A stretch of DNA of 64,000 nt, from positions 61,194,001-61,258,000 of the forward strand of contig OX597817.1 in NCBI GenBank assembly GCA_951406725.2, given 5' to 3'. This DNA is from Octopus vulgaris (Eukaryota). The stretch's first letter is position 1; each line of letters begins with the position of its first letter. A program made the translations under genes and the position numbers. A model generated the notes under the pieces. It had not been told where the DNA came from, searched no databases, and saw only the letters and a program-made list of their open reading frames with translations. Shown here piece after piece: positions 39,744-53,670 of this stretch.

Positions 39744-40907
39744 TGTTTGTTTGTGTGTGTGCATGTGTGTATACCTGCGTGAACAGGCTTCTCGTATATG
39801 TGTGGAGAAAGAGAGAGAGAGTGAGAAGGAGAGAGTTAAGTTGTCTGTAAGAGTGTGAGGAGTCGCTGAATGAATATTTACGTATATTTACGTAAATGTA
39901 TATAAGCATGTATAGGTAATATATACACACACGCCATAATGCTCGTGTATATAAAACAAAGTCAATATTAATGAGCCGAAATTACTTTAGGCCTTCGTAC
40001 GTGAAAGATAAACACACTGATGTACTTTTAATCACTGCTTGGTGATCATGCTAGAATACCTTCCTGCAAACACCACACGCTATATATAATATATATATAT
40101 GTGCCTGTGTATTGCGTGTGTGTGTATACTTACATAGATATAAATATATCTATGTATACCTACACACACGGGCGCACCCACACATATATACACGCCGGCA
40201 CACATGCATATATTATCCTTAGACTTGTTATTAAAAACGTATCTATATTACAAAGGTAAGCACATCCAATGCACATAACATTACTTCTAATGATAAAGCT
40301 TGTTAAAATATATTTCTCCATTGTCTGTGAGAATGTCCGCCCGTCGTTTGCTGTCTTTCTCTCTTTTATATATTTGAAAGAGCTTGTTCTGAACGCATAA
40401 TCTTTGAGGAAAAAAATCAGCCAATTATTTAACTCACGCATTGGCACCATTTCCTCCAACAATCTTTCACATAAACAATTTCTCATACCGCGTCCCATTT
40501 CTCACACCAATCACATCATTCTCGATTCTCATCCCTTAAATCTGACCAGGGTTCAGTCCCACATTAGGGGCAAGAGTTTTATAGCTCTGGGCTGACCAAT
40601 GTCATGTTCGAGAATTTGGTAGAAGGAAACTGAGAAGAAACCCATTGTATATGTGGGTGTACGTGTGTGCGTGAGTGCGTGTGTGTATGTGTGTGTTTGT
40701 GTGTGAGTTTGTGTGTATGTGCGTGTGCATGTGTGTGTGTTGCGTGTGTGTGCGTGTGTCTGCGCTAGTTTTTATGTTTTTTAAAGAAATTTGTATAACT
40801 ACATGTGTGAGTGTGTGTGCGCGCGTGTGCATGCTGGTGTGTATTTATGTATGTGTGTATAGGTAGATAAATATATAAATAGATAGATGGAGAGAGATCT
40901 AGTCCAA

Positions 40908-40983
<76 letters not shown>

Positions 40984-40984
<1 letters not shown>

Positions 40985-41212
40985 GGTTGGTGCATAATTA
41001 CTGCGGCATTTTTTTCAAATTTTATTCAACAAAAAAAATAACATGTAACAAAAACATCTTTAAATGATTATTCCGGAGCATATTCACCATCTACTTCAAT
41101 TACTGTTTCCCATTTGTTTAGCAGATGGTCAGACCGTCATTTAAAGATGTTTTTGTTGAATAAATTTTGTTGGAAAAAAAGTCGCAATAATTAATTATGC
41201 ACCAGCCCAATA
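40984..41212. mobile_element. Mariner-derived MITE inside (TAA)n
   Basis: TIRs TGGGTTGGTGCATAATTA / TAATTATGCACCAGCCCA. The minus strand retains the transposase C-terminus KWETVIEVDGEYAPE*. Confidence 0.85.
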
Positions 41213-41865
41213 ATAATAATAATAATAATAATAGCGATTGCGCTACCTCTAAATGAGTGATGTCAAAATTAGATAATAACCACAACTGCGCTAAGGGGAC
41301 TAGAACTGTTAACAGGAAAAGAGTTGCGCGCAGAATAAATTGGAAAAAGATATAAACTGAGAAGTAAGACAAATAAAGAGGCTTCATGGTGCCCTATAGA
41401 GCTTGCTAAACAAAGTTTGCATCTTAGGGGGCAGCAAGGATAATGAGGAGGGTTCTAAGCACTTGAAAGACCGCCGAAGATGTGTTGATACCTAAGGTTA
41501 CATGCAGCAACATGTAACCCAACCCACATCAATCCTATCAGCAATTAAACCAAACTTGAGCTTTGTTTCTATAACTACAACAACAACAATAAAATTAGAA
41601 GAGAATGGCGTGACTCCCTATATTTTATGTGTGTGTGTGTGTTGGTCATTTTATGTGTGTTAATATTGTGCATATAAATCTGAATATACCCATGTACGTA
41701 TGTCATTATTCAGTTTAATTCAAAATGTTTTGCCAATAAAGAAAGAACCGGTTTCTAACCTAGATCCAAGGCTCCTTCATTGGAATTTCAACAACTTTAA
41801 CAGGGTATGTATGTATGTATGTATGTATGTATGTATGTATGTATGTATGTATGTATGTATGTATG

Positions 41866-41896
<31 letters not shown>

Positions 41897-44339
41897 TATG
41901 TATGTGTGTGTATATGTATGTGTCGTTCTCAACAAATAAGCACAAAAGAGTGCGCGCGCACCATCACACATATACATAGATACATGTGTGCATATGTGTA
42001 TATACGAAAAGTGAAATATATAAAATTATATACTCACACACGTATACGCCGTAATATATTTATATATATGTGTGTATGTGTGTGTGTATTAATATCTGAG
42101 TATGTGTATATGCGTATGTGTATGTATAAATATATGTTTCGAATTATGTATGCTTGTGCTTATCTCTATTCATAAATGTCAGTGTGTGTCTATTTATATC
42201 TTTTAGTATTTTGGGGGTGCACAAGTGTGTGTATATGTTAATGTGCTAGTGTGTGTGTGTGTGTGTGTGTAAGTGCGTACACAGAGTGCACATATGTGTG
42301 TACTTGATATAATCCCGTTTATATAAACATGGACGTAAGTATTGTATCAGAAAGTTTATTTATCTTCTAAGTTAAGTTTGAGCAGTAATTTACTCACTAA
42401 TATTTCCAAAATATTCTGGAGGTTTCTGGAAACAACAAATAAAACAATGCAAAGAAAGAAAGGAAAGAGAGAGAAAAGAGGGAGAAAGTGAAAGAGACAG
42501 GCAGACAAACAGAGACAGAGACTGGGGGAGAAACAGAGAGAGAAAGAGAGAGAGAGAGAGAGACTAGATTAAATCCTGCTTCAGCAGAAATTCGATGTAA
42601 GTCTTTTACAACGATGCTTCATGATTCTGTTTTGTATGTTGTTGTTGTAAGGCTCCATCTTGTCTCAGGAGGGATTATTTCGTTGTTGTATGTTAATATT
42701 TGAATTGAATTAATTAATGGTGAAAGCACGTGACCTAGAGTTTAGGGTGCTGGGATCAGAATCACAAAGTCTAGGGTTCTATTCTTGAACTTGTCGGAGA
42801 GTGGTGTTCTTGAGCAAGGCACTTCATATCACGTTACTCCAGGCTACTAAGTTGAAATTGTTTACAGGTACATAATGGCCGAATGGCTAACAATTTCGTT
42901 TCACGATCATAGGGCCCTAGATTATGATAGGTTATTGTAAACAACACTTGGCCCAGCTCATGCGGTGTGTGTGGTCAAATGTTGTTAAAATAATCTCGAA
43001 TCGGCTCAAATCTCGAGAGCAGAGTCAAGTAGGGGAAACTGTGGAAGCTTGTCAGATGAATTCATGCATCGTAATAAATTCTAACATTGTAGTCTGGAGC
43101 AATGCGAAATGAAGAGCCTTTCGACAGGATATCATGCTCCATCCATGTCAAGAATAAAAAGCCCGACATTGTGTTCGTGACTCCAACGCCTTAAACTCTA
43201 GACCTCGTGCTTTCTCCTTTAAAAGATTTTATATAAGTATTTACAGCAACGAAATAAACTCTGCTGACCGAATCTTATGACAGTTAAAGTTGATATACAC
43301 GTGTGGTTACCCTACTTGTTGCGGGTATTATCATTTCTTTATAATGTTTTGTGCGATAGGAAGTTTAAATTTGAGATTAAGGAATTATAAGGAAAAAGAT
43401 GCATTAACATTCACATATTGAATTTTTCTTTCGTTTTTGATGTTTATTCTATACCAAGTTCTTGAAATTTCTTGCCTGTAGTACTCTACTTTTTCATTCT
43501 TTTCAGAAATTGTCAGAATGATATAACCCGTAATTTATTAATTGAGCTATTTATAAAATAAACCATTTCATCTTAACTCTGGAAATAATTAGTGTGGAGG
43601 AAATTTATGGAATTATAATTTTTTCCTTTCATTTCTTTACAGACGTGAATGGATAAGGAATTGAGAGATTGGTGAGAAAGGTTATATTGAGTCAAATTAA
43701 TGTTATCATGTAAAGGAAAAGTTAAAGAAAAAAAGAATGAAACATGTATTTTTATTCAGTTGAACGGACAAAAGCTTTGGTTAAGAATGGACTTCACGAA
43801 ACGTCGACATTTTTTAGTAGATCAGCATCCAAACAACTCATTTGTCGATTCTACGCAATGCGTACATGTAAGTCTAAATCTGAAGAGTTATTGTTGTTTA
43901 ACGAGCTGAAGGCGGATAGACGGTGCATATTTATTGCATAAAGATCTAATTACCGTCGTTGTATTAGTAGGAATGAGAATATAATTTCTGATATTTATTA
44001 TCTCATTTTTCCAATGATAAATATATACCAAGGGCGTTGAAGAGAAGAAAACACGTGAGCGAGAAACTCTTGAAATACATTGCGATTGTTTAAGTGGGTA
44101 AATATAGAGATAACTACGTACAAAACAAACTGCGTCTTTATCTCTCTAGCTGTCTTTCTCCCATTATCTCTCTTCTTTTTCGCTTTTCGCTCTCAGCCAC
44201 TGTCTCTGTCAACGTATTGTTTCTCCCCACTATAACTACACGCACCCATAGACAGTGGGTGTCTGTGTTTACGCTTGAAAATTTGGCCCCCTTTTTTTTA
44301 ACAAATTATCGTTGATATATATATATATACATATATATT

Positions 44340-44522
44340 CGCCATGATAGATCGCTAGTCACTAAACATTTTATATTTTCTCTCCCTGTTTATTTCTGTG
44401 TTCCTTCTGTTGAAGAGCGTAGGCTCGAAACGTAAAGACTTTCTCACTTCACGAGCGTTAAATTAATACATCTGTTTGTTGTTTACACATCCGTCTTCGT
44501 CTTTTTTGTAAATTCTCACTAT
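44340..44522 (+). mobile_element. PLE 3' terminus with mutated hammerhead (core CTGTTGA)
   Basis: Homolog of 2713-2905: CTT-CTGTTGA-A-GAGC(GTAG)GCTC-GAAACGTA-AAG at 44404-44437. Confidence 0.7.
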
Positions 44523-44593
<71 letters not shown>

Positions 44594-44882
44594 GTGTGTG
44601 TATGTGTGTGTGTGTGTGTTGGTGTGTGTAAGGATCGGGTGGTTTCTACAACTGAAGAGGTAAGAACTATGCAGAACCCCGTGTCGATCGACAATCCATT
44701 TGTGTCACATAAAGCATGTGTTTTCAATAATTTTCTATCGGCAGAAATCGGCCTCCGATGCGCTACCGTTTCGTTTATGTTTATAAACTTCTTATTTTTA
44801 AAATTATCGAATGCTTCGAAGAATAGTTTGATCTCTGCATTTGTTTTCTGTTTTGGTAATCTGTCAGTTGTAAATGGAAGTG

Positions 44883-45097
44883 ACGGCGGCAAACCAGAAG
44901 AATTGTTAGCGCGTCGGATAAAATACTTGGCGGTATTTTTTCCATCTCTTTACGTTCTGAGTTCAAGTCCCGCCGAGATCAACTTCATTTTTCATCACTT
45001 CATCTTTGAAAAAAAATGAAGTAACAGCCAAGTACTGGAATCAATTAAACCAATTAACCCCACTCCCCTCAAAATTGCCGGCCTTGAAACCTATAAG
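44883..45097 (+). mobile_element. Decayed Nin-domain SINE
   Basis: Homology to 17845 and 38765 (TTACGTTCTGAGTTCAA...CGCCGAG). Confidence 0.7.
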
Positions 45098-45954
45098 GAA
45101 CTGGTGTCCAGTTCAAGGGGAATGTGATCCCGGTCATTTATTCCCCATGGTGATTGGCTAACCGGTCTTATGTGACCTAGCGATCAAAAAGGGGGTCGGA
45201 AGAGAGGTAGAGGTGCAGCGGCTGAGGTGCGATCAAGAAAAGGAGTTGGAACAGAGCCTGGGGTCATAATTTGATCTGGATTGTGTGTGTGTTCTAACAA
45301 ATTAAAGAGCTTTTTCTCATATGTAGGTGAAGCGATTTTGCTTTATATAAATTACGTAATTTGACGCTTTGCCAGATCCATCAAGAAAAAGTTCAAGGTA
45401 GAATAACAAGTTCTGTGAATATATTGTTTAAGAAATGTCTCATACTCGTCGAACTATTGATATATTTTTCTAACCATACAATTGCCAATCGAACATTTTT
45501 TTTTATATCCGGACTGCTGTCTATATTTATCGTTCGATCAATATCTTCCGGAAATGCTATCATATAATTTACGCCTTGCTTTTGTCTCTACTTTTTGTCT
45601 TTTTTATGATGTATTTTTTTAATGATTTTTGTTGCAGTCTTCTATTTTTATATAACGGAAAAGCCTTTTTGTTTTCTGTTAGACTTACTGACTGAAATCT
45701 TGACTGTTATCTAAGTTAATCATTTTAAATAACTTTTATCTGTTAGCCCATACTCGTTCCGGTCAATCAACTGCGACCACGCTGTAGCAGCACCTTCAAG
45801 GTAATATATTAAGCATAAAGCCATCAGCAACATTTTGACTAGTTACAAAACATAACCAGTAAAATACTGACCAACGATATAAAATTGTAATCGCTCTATT
45901 TAAGACTTTTCTTTCTGACTTATAGAAAACTGATTATATATATATATATATTTA

Positions 45955-46254
45955 CTAGCTTAAGGTGACCCGCTCTACGCGCGGGTAAGAGTGTGGTTGT
46001 TACTTTCTGTTGCTTCCTTTCGGCACGTAAAAAGCACCATCCGAACGTGGCCGATGGCAGCACCACCTTGACTGGCACCTGTGCCGGTGGCACGAAAAAA
46101 GCACCCACTACACTCACGGAGTGGTTGGCGTTAGGAAGGGCATCCAGCTGTAGAAACACTGCCAGATCAGACTGGAGCCTGGTGCATCCTCCTGGCTTCC
46201 CAGACCCCGGTCAAACTGTCCAACCCGTGCTAGCACGGAAAACGGACGTTAAAC

Positions 46255-46295
<41 letters not shown>

Positions 46296-47037
46296 GGATG
46301 AGGATGATGATTCTCCCTGTTTGTTTCTCTATCTATCTCTCTCCCATTTATAAACAACAAAAGATCTTGAGTAAGTTGAGAAAGAATATATTTTGAAAGA
46401 TCACTCATAAATATCAGGCAGTGACAACGGAAAGATCTGCTTCAAGGCAGACAGCCAGACACTAACATTTAAAAGGGACAGACGAACTTGCGAGCTGAAA
46501 AAAAAAAAAAATATTGGAAACCAAAGTTTGAAGGGATAGAATCTGAGGATAGTAGAGTCACCATGGCTGGCATTTCTTAACGACGGACAGCAACGTATTG
46601 ACAGTTTAACGGCTGGCGTAAAATTTTGAACTTGATGTAAAAGCAAATTCCTAAACACCAAGTTTCGAAGTGATTCTTTCTCACGACAGTAGAATCACCA
46701 TGGCAAGCATTCAAAACTTCTTCATCAGGGACGGCAACACATTGACGATTAAAAGGCTGGCGCAAATTTTTTAGCTTGATGTAACAGAGAATTCCTAAAC
46801 ACCCGCTCCTGTAAATTTTAATCCTCTTCCAGCCCCATTTAGACCCCTTTTCACATTTTGGTTAATATAACCCGATTTCACTCGGGTCTACTCGGGCCAT
46901 ATTTTATAAGATGGTGAATTTTGTCCTAGAGGTCACGCCTTTCATTTGAGGAAAAAAATAGTTGCCATGCAAACTCGCCAGCACTTTTAACATAGGTGTG
47001 CATATTTTCAGCTCAACCGACCACATAATGCACACAT

Positions 47038-47085
<48 letters not shown>

Positions 47086-47127
47086 CGTGCGTGCGTGTGT
47101 GTACGCATTATATATACAAATGTATAC

Positions 47128-47173
<46 letters not shown>

Positions 47174-47968
47174 CAGATATATACACTTTGTATATATACA
47201 TTATATATACATATTTATATATAGAACACACACACACACACATAAATTAACCCAATAAATATCTGATTCATAATATTTGTTCTCATGATTGTGTGGTGGT
47301 GGTGGCGATGATAATTCTCTCTATGAATGCAGACAGACGTAAAGAGAGAGAGAGAGAGTGACAGCGCTGGTGAAGGCGGCAGGGGAAATATATTAGACTT
47401 TCCCTCGCTTTCTCTTACTCTCTATCTTTGTCTATCTATTTATCTCCCATTTATAAACAACAAAAGATCGTGAGTAAGTTGAGAAAGAAAATATTTTTAT
47501 GCTTTTTAAACCCTTCGTCGTTATTCTCATTTACTCATTATTACTTTCTCCATTCCTTTAACTTTCTCTCTATAACGTTATATATAGAGAGAAGGTGAAA
47601 GGAAGGGATGTAGACGCTATCGAACGACGTTATAGAGAGAAAGTGAAAGGAAGGGATGTAGACGCAGTGAAACGATGTTATAGATAGAAGGTGAAAGGAA
47701 GGGAGGAAAGAGAGTGAGTGATGGAGGAAGACAGATACATAAAAGAATGAGAGTAGACTTGTCAAAGTGCGTTTTTGGCCCTAGCAACGACACCTTTTAA
47801 GATGGAGATTTCTAACCTAGCCCACTCACATCCTCACCTCATTTTACATGTCCCTGTAAATTTTGGAGTCAATCCGACGGGATCTAGTGGCCTTTAACCC
47901 GTTCTCAATGCCAAAACCAGACAAACAAACAAACAAACTTTTCGCATTTCAGAATTATAATATAGAGA
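45955..47968 (-). mobile_element. Non-autonomous Helitron (about 2 kb) with nested SINE and internal minisatellites
   Basis: The minus strand has A|TCTCTATATTATAA at 47968 and hairpin ACCCGC/GCGGGT then CTAG|T at 45955. Internal repeats: 46540-46803 (x2), 47580-47703 (x3), and 46335-46393 with 47444-47495. Pairing of the two ends is inferred. Confidence 0.65.
46017..46310 (+). mobile_element. SINE 3' part with (GAT)n tail
   Basis: GTTGGCGTTAGGAAGGGCATCCAGC domain; ends CGGACGTTAAACG(ATG)n. Confidence 0.75.
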
Positions 47969-47971
47969 TAT

Positions 47972-48416
47972 AATCACTTAATCGAACATTTCAGGGGCTC
48001 CTTTTCTTGCAGCTTCTTTCATGGTTGATTCTTCATATGATTAAAGCACAGCTTCTGTCACATTACTTGCATACCAAAAGGGTGGCTCAGTGCTCTGCAT
48101 TTCTGCTGTTTCCCTTTCGCTGCTGACGCTTCTCAACTTGTTTGTTTCTGTAGCTGCTCTCCAGCAAAGCAGTTCCTTCCTTCACCACAGTCCTCCATGT
48201 TGTTCTCTCCTCAGCCCTCTCTTCCCAGGTGCTGACATCCACCTCACACTTGGACAAACTAGTTTTGCAAGTGTCCTTATACCTCAGTTTTGGTCTTCCT
48301 CTTGGTCTCTTGCCCTGAGCCAGTTCTCCATAGAGCAGCTGCTTCGGGATTCGATGGTTATCATTTCTCCTGACATGCCCAAGCCACCTCAGTCTTCTCA
48401 TACACAAGATAGCTGT
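47972..48416 (-). pseudogene. RTE LINE 3' fragment
   Basis: RRLRWLGHVRR...RIPKQLLYGELAQGKRPRGRPKLRYKD, homologous to the C-terminus of the 27441 ORF. Confidence 0.9.
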
Positions 48417-48425
48417 CATACATAC

Positions 48426-48499
<74 letters not shown>

Positions 48500-48626
48500 G
48501 GGTGCCTTTTAAGGCAGTGGTCCAGCATGGCTGCAGTAAAATGCCTGAAACGAGTAAACGAATATATAATGGTAGATGTATGTAGATAGAGAGATGCATC
48601 TGCGTTAGTTTGGGTCTGTGTATGAA

Positions 48627-48994
48627 TCTCTCTCTATATATACGGCAAAATGTCTGTCTGTGTGTGTGTCCTTTATACAAATCCACAATTTTTTAGTTAG
48701 AGGGCTTGCACTTTCTATGGTCATTTAAAACCGTCCGAGGAAGGTCGTGCATATCATTACATTTCCCCAGTCACCACGCAAAGCCATTAAAAAATCAATA
48801 GAGGTGACTTTTTTGTGAAGTTTCTATCCAAAACCCAATCAAAATGCCCGAAACTTGATACGCCAATTGAATGCCAGCTAGCTGTATGTAATTGGTCGGA
48901 GATTTGGACTGTACTCACGTGTATGTGTGCACGCACGCAGCTGTATATGCACGCACTAGCACTATGACCCTGCAACGCCGGGTCATAGTGCTAG
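48627..48994 (+). mobile_element. Short non-autonomous Helitron
   Basis: A|TCTCTCTCTATATATA 5' end; 3' hairpin ACTAGCACTATGACCC...GGGTCATAGTGCTAG|T. Confidence 0.8.
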
Positions 48995-49125
48995 TCTGTG
49001 TTAATTCATTTGTCTTTATTAGTTTACACGATGAAGGAATGTGGTTGGAGGTGGCCGCATAGTGTACACTCCTTTCTCAGCCACTACAACGTACCCAATT
49101 GAGAAAGAGGTATAGCGAGGAGAAA

Positions 49126-49170
<45 letters not shown>

Positions 49171-49499
49171 TAAAGAACTAGTATGTGACTGGGACTTCAT
49201 TTATATCATCACAAAGCATTCTCTCCGTTGCTTCACTGTCTCTGATTTCATCTACTGATTCACCATTGCTGTGCCGTATCCACATTGTGTACAGTTGTAT
49301 TCGAACTCTTTATATTTGCTTCTTTGTTTCGAGAGATCACTATCGCCGCTGTTTCCTCCGCCTCATTCTCTACTCCCTCTACTCTCTCTCTTTCTCTCTC
49401 TCTCTTCCTCTCTCTCTCTCTCTCTCTCTGATCCTCGATATGGTTTACCTTTCCCTTAATTCAGTCCCTGCAGTGAAAGCTAATCGTTCTCGTTACATT

Positions 49500-49830
49500 T
49501 TTTTTTTTAAAGTCTACTCTTTATTCGGCCTCCTATGCAGAAACACTTATATTACGGGAATATAAACAAGCCAACAGCAGTTGTCAAGCGGGGGAGGGGG
49601 GCAAACACAAACACAAAAATCTACACACACCCCTATGTATGTGTGAGCGTGTCTGAGTGTGTGAACGTATATACAACCGGCTTCCATACAGTTTCCTTTT
49701 ACCATATTCACTCAGAAAGCATTCGATTCGACGATATAGTAGAAGATATCCTATTTGCTTCGTAGTGGGACTGAACCCGAAACCAGGTGGTTACAAAACG
49801 GACTTCTTAACGACACAACTATGCCCGCGC
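49500..49830 (-). mobile_element. Decayed CORE-type SINE
   Basis: GTGGGACTGAACCC (reverse B box) and CAGTTTCC segments shared with 59785-59948. Confidence 0.65.
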
Positions 49831-50244
49831 CTATCTTTATCATCGTAGCTGATAACTCCCTTTTCAAATATGGCGACGGTGCTGCTAATTTGAAGTCGAC
49901 TTCTCCCATAATCATTTCTTTGTGTGTTAAGTCTTCCATAGACCATTTAATTTCTAATTTCCTTTAATTTCTGCACACAGATGCAGATACAAGAAGAAAC
50001 ACATCCATGCACGTATACATACACACATGCACGCACGCAAGCACGCACGTACAAACACGTACACACTCATACACATAACCACATACATACATACGCACTT
50101 ATAATTATAAATAAGCACATTAATATATAAATGTACGTATAAACGCATTCATAGACAAAACATTCAGAAACGAGTACATATCTATGTATGAATATATGTA
50201 TTCATGTATTTATATAAATATGTGTGTGTGTGTGTATGTGTGTG

Positions 50245-50279
<35 letters not shown>

Positions 50280-50321
50280 ACATGCATATATATACACACA
50301 TATATCTAATATATATATATG

Positions 50322-50353
<32 letters not shown>

Positions 50354-50870
50354 TGTATGTGTGTACGTGTGTATGTATGTATGTATGTATGTATGTATGT
50401 ATGTATGTATGTATGTATGTATGTATGTATGTATGTATGTATGTATGTATGTATGTATGTATGTATGTATGTATGTATGTATGTATGTATCCTGATTCAG
50501 CCACCTACACATCGGCAACCACTCACACAAATATATACATACATGTGCGTATATATATGCATAATATAAGCTTATAAATTCACGCATTCTCTCAGACACA
50601 TTTATTTTCATAATCCTCCAAACACCACACCTAAACAACGATGGTTCTCTAAGTAGCTTCATAGTAATATAGACAGAACCCCCGCATTTCATGCTTCATT
50701 TCGTTCCAACTGCACACGGCACACGACGCAACAAATCTCTCCAAGATCTTTTCATCTTGTTATTATTCCACCGCCGCCCACATATAGTTACCAAGTACAA
50801 AAACGTAATCGACCGCTCCCTACAATAACGGTTACCAGTTCGCACATGTTCCTTCGGTTGGTAATGAGAC

Positions 50871-50991
50871 GTTTTGGCGCAGCCGTTTTGGCGCAGCCGT
50901 TTTGGCGCAGCCGTTTTGGCGCAGCCGTTTTGGCGCAGCCGTTTTGGCGCAGCCGTTTTGGCGCAGCCGTTTTGGCGCAGCCGTTTTGGCG
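50871..50991. repeat. 14-bp minisatellite GTTTTGGCGCAGCC, about 8.6 perfect copies
   Basis: Read directly from the sequence. Confidence 0.95.
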
Positions 50992-51185
50992 TCGCTGATT
51001 CCATTCTGACTTATTTGACATCAGACGTCTCAACGTTTCTCACTCTCTCTATGTCAATTGTGTTCAATCAATAGGTTGTAGTGTTTCTCTACATCTCTGT
51101 TTTTCTCTTACGCTGCCTCTCTTTGGTGCTCTTTCTCTCTGTATGTATACGTTTCTGTGTGCGCATAAATTTCTGCTTGTATGTC

Positions 51186-51711
51186 TGTGAGTGAGCGAAT
51201 GAATGAGTGAGTGAGTGAGTGAGCGAGCGAATGAGTTAGTGAGTGAGTGAGTGAGTAAGTGAGCGAATGAGTGAGTGAGTAAGTGAGTGTGTGAGCGAAT
51301 AGGTGTGTGAGTGAGTGAGTGAATGAGTGAGTGAGTGAGTGAATGAGTGAGTGAATGAGTGAGTGAGTGAGCGAATGAATGAGTGAGTGAGTGAGTGAGT
51401 GAGTGAGCGAGCGAATGAGTTAGTGAGTGAGTAAGTGAGCGAATGAGTGAGTAAGTGAGTGTGTGAGCGAATGGTGTGTGAGTGAGTGAGCGAATAAGTG
51501 AGTGTGTGAGCGAATGGGTGTGTGAGTGAGTGAGCGAATGAGTGAGTGAGTAAATGAGTGAGCGAATAAGTGAGTGAGTGAGTGAACAAATGAGTGCGTG
51601 AGTGAGTGAGTGAGTGAGTGAGTGAGTGAGTGAGTGTGTGTGTGAGTGAGTGAGTGAGTGAATGAGTGAATAAGTGAGTGAGTGAGTGAGTGAGTGAGTG
51701 AGTGAGTGAGT
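51186..51711. repeat. Compound (GAGT)n satellite
   Basis: GAGT/GAAT/GCGA variants; source of the THSL ORFs. Confidence 0.95.
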
Positions 51712-52180
51712 CTTTGTATGTGTTTGCCTCCAGCACCGAAAAGTAGTATAGCCAAAAACAGCTTTAGTCTCCAATCAGCCGCGCGAAGTCATCAGCGCCC
51801 AAACTGCTGCAACCAGTCGTTTCATTCCTTCCCTTAATTATCTCCAAACAATATATCTTGAGACAGCTTTTATCAGCACTAGAGTCTTTCATTATTTTCC
51901 TCTTTGTAATGCCTTATTCGAAAATGTGGAAATGCGACTTTGCAATGTATACCAACCCTCCAGTGATCTCCCTTGAAACATTCTAATTATGACAAAGACA
52001 CTCGGAAAAATTTCAGTTTCATTTTCATTGACAAACCTATTGTTTGCTCACATCCTCACAATTTTATAAATACATGCATACATGTATACACTCCTACATA
52101 CATACATACATACATACATACATACATACATACACACACACATACATACATACATACATACATACATACATACATGCATA

Positions 52181-52623
52181 CATTATGGCTGCCCTCTCGT
52201 TATCGAGTATGGCCATTGCACGAAGCTTAACTGTTACTGGTGCTGTGATCGAATGTGACTTTTTAGCCCAGCTAATGATCTACAATGTCTTGTACAAAAT
52301 TAGTAACTAAAACCTTTACTGGTAATAGCCGGCTGTAGTTGTAACTGGGCTTCATGTACCTTTGCATGTCGTTTAAGTCCTCCTGCCGAATTACACTCTC
52401 TTCCACATGCCCGACAGATATGATTAGTATGGTGTGTTACACCACCACCAGTGGCCAGGTTGTCACTCGTCTGTCTCGTTTTATGACTACGAAGATGACT
52501 CATGAGTCCAGCTTTACTAAGGTAGTGTCTTGCACAGGCATTGCATGTCAGAATCAAAGGAAGACCCTTCCCTTCTGGAAGTGTAACAGCCATGCCCTTC
52601 CTGACATCCCTCCTTACTTTCTC
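52181..52623 (-). pseudogene. RTE-type LINE 3' fragment with three C2H2 zinc fingers, within (TACA)n
   Basis: Fingers CNACARHYLSKAGLMSHLRSH, CRACGRECNSAGGLKRHAKVH and Y*FCTRHCRSLAGLKSHIRSQH; RTE-like 3' end GCCATACTCGATAACGAGAGGGCAGCCAT. Confidence 0.7.
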
Positions 52624-52818
52624 ATACATACATACATACATACATACATACATACATACATACATACATACCTGCATACATACATACATACATAAATACA
52701 TACATACATACATAGATGCATACATACATGCATACATACATGCACACACACACACATACATACATACATACATACATACATACATACATACATACATACA
52801 TACATACATACATACATA

Positions 52819-53340
52819 GTTAATCCAAACAAGAAAGCACAAAAAAAACACAACAACGAGAGGACATGGAATAAATATAGTATTATTGGACGCTCAGGAA
52901 AGAAAGAAAAGAAGGAGGGTTTAATGTTTCGAGCGGAGCTCTTCGTCGGAAACATAGGAGAAGGAAAGATCCAGAAAAGAGAAGACTGAGGGGAAAAAAA
53001 TCGCCAACGGTACACACGCAGTCACATTTTGAATGACCGGAAGGAAATGGGTGAAGAAAAGTTATTTCAAAGACAGGAGAGTAGTAGAGGAGGAGGAACG
53101 TGTGTATAAGTGTGGATATGTGCGTGCGCGGAGGTCTGCGTGTGCGTGTGTGTGTATGTGTGTATGTGTGCAATGATGACACGTGTGTGTATGTGTGTGC
53201 GTGTGTGTGTGTATGTGTGTGTAGTTGTGGCTGTTAATCTTTTACGTGTTGTAGAGCTAGTAGTGTTAAGGTCGAGGAAGAAGGAATTGGGAGTGGCGCC
53301 TTTTGTCTCTACCACAGGTCAAGTAGTAGGTACTGCTACA
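52819..53340 (-). mobile_element. PLE 3' region with hammerhead variant (core CCGACGA)
   Basis: Minus strand at 52919-52953 reads GTTT-CCGACGA-A-GAGC(TCC)GCTC-GAAA-CATT-AAAC. The downstream CCTGAGCGT segment is shared with the 2713 family. Confidence 0.65.
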
Positions 53341-53670
53341 TACATGCATGCATACATACATACATACATACATACACATACATACATGCATACATACATA
53401 CACACATACATACATACATGCATACATACATACACACATACATACATACATGCATACATACATACACACATACATACATGCATACATACATGCATACATA
53501 CACACATACATACATACACACATACATACATACATGCATACATACATACACACACATACATACATACATACATACATACATACATACATGCATACATGCA
53601 TACATGCATACATACATACATACATACATACATACATACATACATACATACATTCATACATACATACATA

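Noticed and set aside
50871-50991. Short regular repeat that might suggest a CRISPR array
   Set aside because: Head-to-tail 14-mers with no spacers, no cas genes, and a eukaryotic context.
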